A DNA stretch of 64,000 bases from an uncultured Bacilli bacterium. GTDB taxonomy: Bacteria > Bacillota_I > Bacilli_A > RF39 > UBA660. Position numbers and translations under genes: made by a program. Shown here piece after piece: positions 52,389 through 60,912 of this stretch (position 1 is the first letter of the stretch; the number at the start of each line of letters is the position of its first letter). The stretch spans positions 251,963-315,962 of the forward strand of contig CAKPDH010000001.1 in the NCBI GenBank assembly GCA_934148845.1, given 5' to 3'. Below the pieces are notes generated by a model that searched no databases, was not told the origin of the DNA, and saw only the letters and a program-made list of their open reading frames with translations.

Positions 52389-53538
52389 CTAACCATTCAC
52401 TTTTAATATTTTCTAAATATACAACTATTCTTTTATTACCGTATATATCTTTATTAGGATAACAAGTATATAATATAAGATCATAATCTTTTTTTATACT
52501 ATCATAATTATCTTCTAAAACGATCTTACTTGTCTTTACTTCATATGTAAATTTGCCATAAACTGTTTCTATAACTACTTTATCCGATTTTTTTAAGGAA
52601 TGTAGTTTTTTAAATATGCCTGTATTATGAGCTGATAGTACTGTAGCATTTTCTTCACCCGGCATAGAACTAAAGCTAGCTTGCCCAATTCCATCTTTAA
52701 GTATACTAGAACTATCTCCAAAATATACATCATCACTATCATCATCTATATATAATTTGCCATATTTTTCTCCATAAGATGGATATGATATTATTTTTTC
52801 ATCTTTAGCTACTACTTCTTTTTTAGAATTACTATAATTAACATTCATAAGAGTAATTATATCAAGATACATACTTATTTTATCATTAAATATTAGCATT
52901 ATAGGTAACAATAATATTGTTATATAAAGTAAACTTGTTAAAATTATAGATTTATATTTTAAAATTTTAAGAATGATTACAGATATAAATGTAATAATTA
53001 AAGTTATTATAATATATTTAAGAATTTTATTCATACCTACATAATTAAGTTTATCTTTTGTACTAATAACATCAGATAAAACACCATTATCATAAATTTT
53101 AATCTCATTTGTACTAGTATCTATAATAACCTTTGAAGTATCTTTACTAGTATTGGAATTATCATTAGAATCACTATCTATAATTTTCTTAGAGTTAAGT
53201 ATAATATTACTTGTCTCATTATATAATGAATATAATTCATTCTTTAAGTAATTAGGTATTTTATTTTTATCCTCAACTGAGCATACACTATATTCATTAA
53301 TTCTATTAACAACATATTTCATATTATTATATATTTTATTTAAATCACTTTCACTAACATCACGCTCATTTAATAATCTAGTATAAGATGCTTTAGTACC
53401 ATTTACAAGTGCTTGAGTTTTAGATGAACAAGTTTTAATACTAGAAGCTAAGGATATGATATCTTCTTTTGTATATGCATATACATTTGGTATTATAGCA
53501 ATTAAAAACATAATCATTAAAATTCTTATATATTTCAT
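52369..53538 (-). CDS. Sortase-domain protein with an extra N-terminal secreted domain and two internal TM segments
   Basis: C-terminal catalytic domain has VLSAHNTG (His), LILYTCYP (the TLxTC Cys) and NKRIVVY (Arg). The N-terminal 170 aa follow a signal peptide. Confidence 0.55.
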   Translation of the reverse strand: MKYIRILMIMFLIAIIPNVYAYTKEDIISLASSIKTCSSKTQALVNGTKASYTRLLNERDVSESDLNKIYNNMKYVVNRINEYSVCSVEDKNKIPNYLKNELYSLYNETSNIILNSKKIIDSDSNDNSNTSKDTSKVIIDTSTNEIKIYDNGVLSDVISTKDKLNYVGMNKILKYIIITLIITFISVIILKILKYKSIILTSLLYITILLLPIMLIFNDKISMYLDIITLMNVNYSNSKKEVVAKDEKIISYPSYGEKYGKLYIDDDSDDVYFGDSSSILKDGIGQASFSSMPGEENATVLSAHNTGIFKKLHSLKKSDKVVIETVYGKFTYEVKTSKIVLEDNYDSIKKDYDLILYTCYPNKDIYGNKRIVVYLENIKSEWLGDTNEK

Positions 53539-54278
53539 TTTATCTTCTCCCTAGCAAATAGTTTATTTGTTTTAATTATTTCATATGGTTCTACTTTTTT
53601 ATTTGAAATTATTTTATTAAAATTTTCATATACTATATCATTATACATATCATAATCTACCATATGTCTTAAAATACTTAGTCCTTTATTTATATCTAAA
53701 ACATGGTTATGTGTATCTGTACCAATGACATGTACCATATGCTTTTTTATTAATAATAATGCATTTTTTCTAACTCTTTTTCCATACTTATCTATAAGAG
53801 AAGTAATATTCATTTGAAATAGGCAACCCATATCTATTAGTTTTATAAAATCTTCTATTTTTAAATATCTATATCTTTCAGGGTGCGCTATTATAGGAGT
53901 TATACCTTTATCTTTAAGATTAAATATTATATCATACATATAATTTGACCTCTCATTTAAAGGAAACTCCATAAGTAGATACTTAGTATTATTTATTGTA
54001 GATATAAATTTTTTATCTATATATGCTAAAATATCATTATCTATAAAAGTTTCATTACCTAAATATAATTTAATATTTGTATTTTTTTGTAATTTTTCTA
54101 ATAATTGTTTTTTTTCTTTATTACTACTATTATAATTTGTTCCTATTATATAATGTGGAGTTAAGACTATATTTTTAATTCCTAACTTCTCCATTTCCTT
54201 TAATAATTTTACACTTTCCTCATATGATTTTGATCCATCATCAATACCATATAAAATATGAGTATGAATATCATTCAT
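53535..54278 (-). CDS. cpsB: Capsular polysaccharide tyrosine-protein phosphatase (PHP family, CpsB/YwqE)
   Basis: MNDIHTHILYGIDDGS...HPERY. Confidence 0.85.
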   Translation of the reverse strand: MNDIHTHILYGIDDGSKSYEESVKLLKEMEKLGIKNIVLTPHYIIGTNYNSSNKEKKQLLEKLQKNTNIKLYLGNETFIDNDILAYIDKKFISTINNTKYLLMEFPLNERSNYMYDIIFNLKDKGITPIIAHPERYRYLKIEDFIKLIDMGCLFQMNITSLIDKYGKRVRKNALLLIKKHMVHVIGTDTHNHVLDINKGLSILRHMVDYDMYNDIVYENFNKIISNKKVEPYEIIKTNKLFAREKIK

Positions 54279-54943
54279 TATTTATAATACTCATTATAAT
54301 AGTAACTACTGTGTTTTCTTTTAATTTGATTTACAACAATACCTGCTAGCTTAATACCAGTTACTTCTAAAGATTTTTTAGTTTGCATTAAAGACTCTAT
54401 TGGTGTTTTCTTATATGCACTTACAATAATTGCCTCATCGCAAAGTGAAGTAAGTATTAAAGCATCTGGAAGTCCTTGTATTGGTGGACAATCTAGTATA
54501 ATTAAGTCATACTCTTTCTTTAATATTTCAAGTAATTCTTTATTTTTTGCAGAACCAAGTATTTCACTTGGATTTGGTGGTACTATACCTGACTTTAATA
54601 CATATAAATTATCTACTTCAGTTTTATTTATATATTTTTTATAATTTTTTATATCATCAAGTAATAAATTAGATAATCCTGTTTCTTTATCTAAATCAAA
54701 TATTTTAGCTTGAGTTCCCCTTCTTAAATCACAGTCTATTATAAGGGTTTTCATATTAACCATAGCAAATGCAGCTGCTAGGTTAGATGATATAAAACTT
54801 TTCCCCTCACCTGGCATAGAACTAGTTACCATAATTGTTTTAACATTATCATCAATAAAAGTAAATTGTAAATTAGTTCTAAGAGTTCTAATAGCTTCAC
54901 TTGTAGCCCCTTTAGGTTTAGATAGTAATACTATATTATTCAT
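54278..54943 (-). CDS. cpsD: BY-kinase (CpsD/YwqD tyrosine-protein kinase)
   Basis: Walker A SSMPGEGKS, Walker A' DCDLRRG, and a tyrosine-rich C-terminal tail SSYYYNEYY. Confidence 0.85.
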   Translation of the reverse strand: MNNIVLLSKPKGATSEAIRTLRTNLQFTFIDDNVKTIMVTSSMPGEGKSFISSNLAAAFAMVNMKTLIIDCDLRRGTQAKIFDLDKETGLSNLLLDDIKNYKKYINKTEVDNLYVLKSGIVPPNPSEILGSAKNKELLEILKKEYDLIILDCPPIQGLPDALILTSLCDEAIIVSAYKKTPIESLMQTKKSLEVTGIKLAGIVVNQIKRKHSSYYYNEYYK

Positions 54944-55610
54944 GTTTACCTCCTACTGTTGGAACTTCACCTATTACAGGTAATTCTAATTTTCTTTCAA
55001 CTTCTTCTATACTTTTAATTGTTGTATCAAAGTAAAATAGAATAAATACTACACCAAAACTTAATATAATACCTATAAAAAATGATATTAATAAAGTTTT
55101 AAGCATATTGATATTATAAGGACTTTCTTCTTCTACCGCTTCATCTACAATACCAATATTTTGAATATTATATAATTTTACTACCTCACTATTAAATACA
55201 TTAGCAGTTTCATTTGCAACATCCATTGCGATTTTACTATCTCTATCAGATACACTTATCTTAATTATTTCAGTATCATTTATACTTGATACACTTATCT
55301 CTTTACTTAAAGATTCAAAATTATAATCTATATTTAAGTTATTAATAACTTTGTTAATAACTTTTCTACTTTTAATTATTTCTCTATATGTATCAACTAA
55401 ATTTTTATTTAAAGTAATATCATTGCTAGTTATTTGATTAACATCACTTCCCTTAGTTAATAATATTGTAGTATAACTTTTATACATTGGTACTTTAAAA
55501 AATCTAAAGTAAACAAATCCTGTTAAAATACACACAATAGTAATTAATATAATATATAATTTTTTTGATAAAAAATAATCAAACATTTCTTTTAAATTTA
55601 TTTCTTCCAT
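54936..55610 (-). CDS. cpsC: Chain-length determinant / BY-kinase modulator (Wzz, CpsC/YwqC)
   Basis: N-terminal and C-terminal TM segments flank an extracellular domain. The C-terminus ends in ...PVIGEVPTVG. Confidence 0.8.
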   Translation of the reverse strand: MEEINLKEMFDYFLSKKLYIILITIVCILTGFVYFRFFKVPMYKSYTTILLTKGSDVNQITSNDITLNKNLVDTYREIIKSRKVINKVINNLNIDYNFESLSKEISVSSINDTEIIKISVSDRDSKIAMDVANETANVFNSEVVKLYNIQNIGIVDEAVEEESPYNINMLKTLLISFFIGIILSFGVVFILFYFDTTIKSIEEVERKLELPVIGEVPTVGGKHE

Positions 55611-55842
55611 AACATCCTCCTACAATCTACTAGATATATTATATAACATTTATATTTAAGATTCAATAATTTTTATATGATTAAAAATTATTTTTACATA
55701 ACAAAAAAAGATGATTAAATCTTTTTAAAATTTTTGCTTATTTAAATTTAACTCCATTTTTTTCTAGTAATTTCAAGCATCAATTTTATATTTTGACTTT
55801 AAATTCTTTTTTTAAAATTTATTTATTTACGTTAACCTTCGT

Positions 55843-57006
55843 TTATTCACTCATTAATTTTACAAAATCAAAATTTAAAATTAAATTTTTCTTAATATCT
55901 AAACTTTCTATAGTTGATATAGGAAGCGATTGTTTCATTACATCATCAATCCAACGTACGCTAAGGCTTTTTATATATTTTATTTCTTTTCCCATAAGTA
56001 TTTTATCTTCATAATAGTAATTCAAAAATATTTTTATGCCTTCTTCATTTATTCCATTTTTCTTTGAACAAAATAAGTGAACTAAAATGATTGCTACATC
56101 CATTACGCTGATACCATATCTAGCATCATCAAAATCTATTAATCCTATTTTTTTATTATAATAAAATATATTTCCTTTAGTTAAATCAAAATGTAATAAA
56201 GACTTTCTATCTAAATTAATATTATCTATTTTTACTTCCTCTACATCATATATATTTTTAGATGTATAATTATGAAACAATCTAAGAGTACATGCTATTT
56301 CTTTTATAATGTCTTTTGTTATTTTAGTTTGTTCTAACTGTGTACCTAAAAGGAAATCATATAGTATCAAATGATAATTATAAATTTTCATATAAAATTT
56401 ATTATTTATAGTCTTTATTATATTTGGAACATAAAAATTATCTTTGATATCTTCTATTATTTTAATCATACTTCTATATAAATCATTATTATATATTTTA
56501 GCTACATATTTTTTATTTTTAGTTCTTATTATATATACATTTTTAACTGTTGATTCACTACTTTTTGTAATATCTACTATATCTAAATTATAGTTTTTCT
56601 CAATACTTTCTTTAAGTTCTTGTTTCATATCATTACATATATTTATAAACAAATCACGTAAGTCTTGATGAGTTAAAATACTACTTACATCTTCTATATC
56701 AACCCACTGTGCTTTTTTTAGCTCTTCTTCTTGTATTTTTAAATCAAAACTAATAGGATGTGCTAAAAAGAAAACTACTGTCTTATTAATATTTTTATCT
56801 GTAATATAATTTATACTATATCTTTTACTTTCATCTATTACTACATCTAAGTTTACTTCTTCTTTAACTTCCCTTAAAGCAGTTTCAATCTCACTTTCAC
56901 CCTCGATAACATGTCCCTTAGGAAACCCATAAAAACCTTGTTTTTGTTTTATTACTAGTACCTTATTATTATAAATAATAATAGCACCGCACGATTTTTC
57001 ATTCAT
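55843..57006 (-). CDS. Fusion protein: N-terminal NUDIX hydrolase plus C-terminal aminoglycoside-phosphotransferase/choline-kinase-like kinase domain
   Basis: Nudix box GHVIEGESEIETALREVKEEVNL. APH-like HFDLTKGNIFY...IDFDDARYG (the Brenner and DxD motifs). Confidence 0.6.
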   Translation of the reverse strand: MNEKSCGAIIIYNNKVLVIKQKQGFYGFPKGHVIEGESEIETALREVKEEVNLDVVIDESKRYSINYITDKNINKTVVFFLAHPISFDLKIQEEELKKAQWVDIEDVSSILTHQDLRDLFINICNDMKQELKESIEKNYNLDIVDITKSSESTVKNVYIIRTKNKKYVAKIYNNDLYRSMIKIIEDIKDNFYVPNIIKTINNKFYMKIYNYHLILYDFLLGTQLEQTKITKDIIKEIACTLRLFHNYTSKNIYDVEEVKIDNINLDRKSLLHFDLTKGNIFYYNKKIGLIDFDDARYGISVMDVAIILVHLFCSKKNGINEEGIKIFLNYYYEDKILMGKEIKYIKSLSVRWIDDVMKQSLPISTIESLDIKKNLILNFDFVKLMSE

Positions 57007-57245
57007 AATACTCCTTAATCTAACTATTATTTTCTTGATAAATTAAATCTATATTAGTTATTCCTATACTTTTTAAATAAGCTATATTATCTCTAACCAA
57101 TTCATAATTACAAGCCATATTTAAAACTATATCATACCAAAATAAATTTATCATTTTGTTAATTAAATCATCATTAATACCGATTAATTAAAAATTCATC
57201 TATCATACTAACACCTATTTAATTATAGCAAAAAAATATACTTAT

Positions 57246-57854
57246 TTAAAGTATATTAGTACAAGATTTTACAAAATATTTAAATATATTATTTTGAAGT
57301 TTATCATATTTAATCATAGACTCAGGGTGCCACTGAACACCTAGAAAAAATTTTTTACTTTTATCTTCTATTGCTTCTATATAATTATCATTACTATAAG
57401 CACTTATAAAAATTTTAGGATTTAAAATAACACTCTTATGTCTACTATTAACTTTTATTATGTCTTTTTTATATATATTATATAATAAAGAATTTCTTTT
57501 TATTTTAACTTCATGAGAATAATATAATTTTTTCTTATGGTTAGCAATATTAATCATATCTGATTCAAATAAAATTCCCATAAGTTGCATACCTAAACAT
57601 ATACCAAGCACTGGTTTATTTATATCATATATATATTTTAAAGCTTCTAAATCATATAACTCAAAATCATCTCCACCACTAAAGATAATTCCATCACATA
57701 AATCTATAAGGCTCTTATAATTTTGATCTAAAGTAATACCTATACAATCTCCACCATTGTAATTAATTGCTTTAATTATATCTGTATAAACATAATTAAT
57801 TAAATGTCCCTCACTACTTCTAGATTTTCTTGTTACAATACCAATTAAAGGCAT
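57246..57854 (-). CDS. Class I glutamine amidotransferase-like hydrolase (peptidase C26 / gamma-glutamyl-GABA hydrolase family)
   Basis: ...PVLGICLGMQLM... with the catalytic Cys, then ...GVQWHPE. Confidence 0.7.
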   Translation of the reverse strand: MPLIGIVTRKSRSSEGHLINYVYTDIIKAINYNGGDCIGITLDQNYKSLIDLCDGIIFSGGDDFELYDLEALKYIYDINKPVLGICLGMQLMGILFESDMINIANHKKKLYYSHEVKIKRNSLLYNIYKKDIIKVNSRHKSVILNPKIFISAYSNDNYIEAIEDKSKKFFLGVQWHPESMIKYDKLQNNIFKYFVKSCTNIL

Positions 57855-57902
57855 ATTATCACCTAATACATGATATTAAACAATTTTTAATTTAGACTAA
57901 TT

Positions 57903-58916
57903 TTATACTGATGGAATAGCGCATGTATCTTTTTTATATGAAATAGAAGTACCGGGTGGAAATGCATTTTCTCCAATAGTAACATCGCCCTCACATGCAT
58001 ATATTACTACTTCCTTAAGATTAGAATTATTATAAAACGCATAATCACCTATTGTTAAAGTAGATGGAGTAACAACCATTGCTAATAAAGAAGCATCTAC
58101 CTTTTTATTTTTAGAATTAAATACACTTAGATTTGTATCATCGTCTCTTAGACTAGTATCACTACTAACATAATTTCCTATATATAATTCTTTTATATTA
58201 TTGTTACTAAAAGCATATGAGCCTATTGTCTTAACAGAACTTGGAACATACAGTCTAGTTAAATTATTGTCTTCAAAAGCATTTGACTCAATAGTTGTAA
58301 TATAATAATCAAGTGTTACTGACTTTAAACCTTTACCTTTAAATGTTGAGCTTCCTATTTTAGAAATAGATCCGTCCCCTACATATATATTTTTATTATC
58401 ACAATTATAAGCTATATAACTTGAACTATTTTTAGTATAACAACTATCTTTTGGAACAACTTTACATCCATTTACATTTTCAACATTAAAATTATTTCTA
58501 CTTGAATCTATTGATATCGAATAATTGCTATATTGAAGATCATATATATTATCTACCTCACCATTTTTTATAACAATTTCCCCGCAAGATGGTCTATCAT
58601 TTTGAATACCTATATTTAAAGACCCACCATTAATTGAAAGTCCTCTTTTACAGCTTAAATCAGAATTTATTCCATTTAAACAGAAATTTCCATCACTATT
58701 TATAAAATATATTCCATCACGAATATAATAGCCTTTTACTTTTAAGTTAATTATATCAGCATCTAATACATTTGCATACATTCTAGCACTGCTAATAGCG
58801 CTATTTTTTTTAGAATCACTTATTACATTTAATACTATTGGAGTAACAATAGTAGCAACTATTCCAAGAAGTAATATAACTGCAAGCAATTCTATAAGTG
58901 TAAATCCCTTTTTCAT
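57903..58916 (-). CDS. Type IV prepilin-like protein fused to BspA-type leucine-rich repeats
   Basis: True start is MKKG|FTLIELLAVILLLGIV, with the RBS ggtaggtga 4 nt upstream. The longer track ORF would begin upstream of the promoter. The C-terminus has ...IESNAFEDNNLTRLYVPSSVKTIGSYAFSNNNIKELYIGN... LRR units. Confidence 0.6.
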   Translation of the reverse strand: MKKGFTLIELLAVILLLGIVATIVTPIVLNVISDSKKNSAISSARMYANVLDADIINLKVKGYYIRDGIYFINSDGNFCLNGINSDLSCKRGLSINGGSLNIGIQNDRPSCGEIVIKNGEVDNIYDLQYSNYSISIDSSRNNFNVENVNGCKVVPKDSCYTKNSSSYIAYNCDNKNIYVGDGSISKIGSSTFKGKGLKSVTLDYYITTIESNAFEDNNLTRLYVPSSVKTIGSYAFSNNNIKELYIGNYVSSDTSLRDDDTNLSVFNSKNKKVDASLLAMVVTPSTLTIGDYAFYNNSNLKEVVIYACEGDVTIGENAFPPGTSISYKKDTCAIPSV

Positions 58917-58922
58917 ATATTC

Positions 58923-58960
58923 ACCTACCATTAATATAATTATAAAAAAAAAGACATATA
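58923..58960 (-). promoter_or_regulatory. Sigma-A promoter of pilin::LRR gene 1 (TTGACA, 17-nt spacer, TATAAT) with a T9 tract in the spacer
   Basis: Minus strand reads ttgacaatatatgtctttttttttataattatattaatggtaggtgaatatATG. Confidence 0.6.
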
Positions 58961-58963
58961 TTG

Positions 58964-59305
58964 TCAATTCTTTATTAATTGTTTATTTTTAATATTATTT
59001 ACCCTATTATATTTTTTTATTATATCTTTACTCAATAAATAATCAATATAAGAATCAATAGAATAAAAGTTAATTTCTTTAAATATATAGGTAAAATACT
59101 TACTATATATATTCAAATATTTATTAATATCTAATTTAACTATATTTAGTTCCATATTTGTAAGTCCCAAATATAAACCTAATATCTTTTTATCATTTAT
59201 AGACAATATTTCACCTTCTATACTTATCTCTAAATTCTTAATTAAATCATATACATACATACCTCTATATATAGCACTTTTAACTTCAATCAATTCTTCC
59301 TTCAT
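58964..59305 (-). CDS. Hypothetical protein between the two pilin::LRR genes
   Basis: 113 aa with no motif. Coding status uncertain. Confidence 0.4.
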   Translation of the reverse strand: MKEELIEVKSAIYRGMYVYDLIKNLEISIEGEILSINDKKILGLYLGLTNMELNIVKLDINKYLNIYSKYFTYIFKEINFYSIDSYIDYLLSKDIIKKYNRVNNIKNKQLIKN

Positions 59306-59382
59306 ATATCCTCCTTTTTAGTACTATAATATTATTACATATAAAATTTAAAAAAAATGTCGAAAAAAAACTTATACAAAAG

Positions 59383-60861
59383 TTATCCTGTATAAGTTAC
59401 ATCTCCATCAGTATATTTAATAACCGTTCCTTTAGGAAATACGCTTGATCCAAATGTAACGGCCCCTTTAGGGCTATTAATTGTTACTGTTGGATTGTAA
59501 TATTGTTCCTTACAACCATTTGACTTATAGAAAGCTTTGTAACCTATATAACTAATTCCACTACCAATAGTAATTTCTCTCAAAGGATTGCAATGAAATG
59601 CATTATCTTCTATACTAGTTACACTATCTGGAATTATTATACTAGTTAAGTTGTTATTTTCGAAAGCTTTGGAACCTATATCACTAAGACCATCTGGTAA
59701 AACTATCTCAGTTAAATTGTTATTTTCGAAAGCCCCTCTCGCATAATTACTTCCAATAGTTTTAAGCTCAGATGGTAACGTTAATTTAGTTAAATTAGTG
59801 CTTGCAAATGCACCTCCTGATATCGTAGTTATTTTATTTGGTAAAACTAATGTTTCTAATTTATTACCAGCAAAAGCATCATCACCTATACTTGTTACAC
59901 TATCTGGAAATTCAATTTTTGTAATGGAATTATAGCCAAATCCAGTTAATTCCGTAAGCTTAATATCATTAGGAAATTTAATTTCAGTAATATTGTTACC
60001 CTCAAAAGCATATTTACCTATACTTGTTACACTATTTGGTAATTCTAGTGTTCCTGTTATATTGTTATATCTAAATGCAGCATCACCTATTTTTTTTATG
60101 TTTTTTCCTAAATTAACTTTATCTATTTTCATTGCATTTATAGTAAAATCTTGATTGCAAAAAGCACATGTACCAATTGATTCAACACTATTTGGAATAT
60201 CTAAGATTCCAGTAATATTGTTACCCTCAAAAGCATATTCACCTATACTCGTTATATTACTTGAAAGAATAACTTTTGTAATGTTTTTTCTGTTAAAAGA
60301 CCATTCACCAATGACATTTACATCATCTGGCATTATAACACTCCTAGGACAGAAATTATAATTAGTACTATTATTTTCGTTATCATAGTATCCAGTAACA
60401 GCCTTTTCGGTAATTGCAAAACAACCACTAAAGCATTTATATCCTTCTTCTACTGTATAATTATTATTAGTCTTGTTTATTGAATATTTGCTAGATTGAA
60501 CATTTTCAAGTTCACTTACTTTTCCATCACTTACCCTAACGTAACCACAAGAAAAATTATTTGATTTAAGTCCTAAATCAATAGTTTTACCTGAGCAAGT
60601 GGAATCAGCTTGGATTATTCCAATACAAAGTAACCCATTATTCATAATAGAATAAGTACCATCACCTATTTTATTTTTATTCATTCTTTCATTTATAATA
60701 GCTTCATTAACAGCTTTTACATATACTTTAGCACTGTTAACAACGCTTTCTTTTTTTGAATCTTCTATTACATCTAGTGCTTTTGGTACTGTTATTAAAG
60801 CTATGAAGCCAAGTATTAAAATAACAGCTATAAGCTCTATTAATGTAAAACCTTTTTTCAT
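59383..60861 (-). CDS. Type IV prepilin-like protein fused to BspA-type leucine-rich repeats (paralog 2, more repeats)
   Basis: Start MKKG|FTLIELIAVILILGFI. More than 10 LRR units (NNITGILDIPNSVESIGTCAF, NNITGTLELPNSVTSIGKYAFEGNNITEI...). Confidence 0.6.
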   Translation of the reverse strand: MKKGFTLIELIAVILILGFIALITVPKALDVIEDSKKESVVNSAKVYVKAVNEAIINERMNKNKIGDGTYSIMNNGLLCIGIIQADSTCSGKTIDLGLKSNNFSCGYVRVSDGKVSELENVQSSKYSINKTNNNYTVEEGYKCFSGCFAITEKAVTGYYDNENNSTNYNFCPRSVIMPDDVNVIGEWSFNRKNITKVILSSNITSIGEYAFEGNNITGILDIPNSVESIGTCAFCNQDFTINAMKIDKVNLGKNIKKIGDAAFRYNNITGTLELPNSVTSIGKYAFEGNNITEIKFPNDIKLTELTGFGYNSITKIEFPDSVTSIGDDAFAGNKLETLVLPNKITTISGGAFASTNLTKLTLPSELKTIGSNYARGAFENNNLTEIVLPDGLSDIGSKAFENNNLTSIIIPDSVTSIEDNAFHCNPLREITIGSGISYIGYKAFYKSNGCKEQYYNPTVTINSPKGAVTFGSSVFPKGTVIKYTDGDVTYTG

Positions 60862-60867
60862 ATAATC

Positions 60868-60912
60868 ACCTACCATTAATATAATTATAGAAAAAAAGAT
60901 AAATATTGTCAA
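60868..60912 (-). promoter_or_regulatory. Sigma-A promoter of pilin::LRR gene 2, near-identical to the promoter of gene 1 (T7 tract in the spacer)
   Basis: Minus strand reads ttgacaatatttatctttttttctataattatattaatggtaggtgattatATG. It overlaps the mutS stop. Confidence 0.6.
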
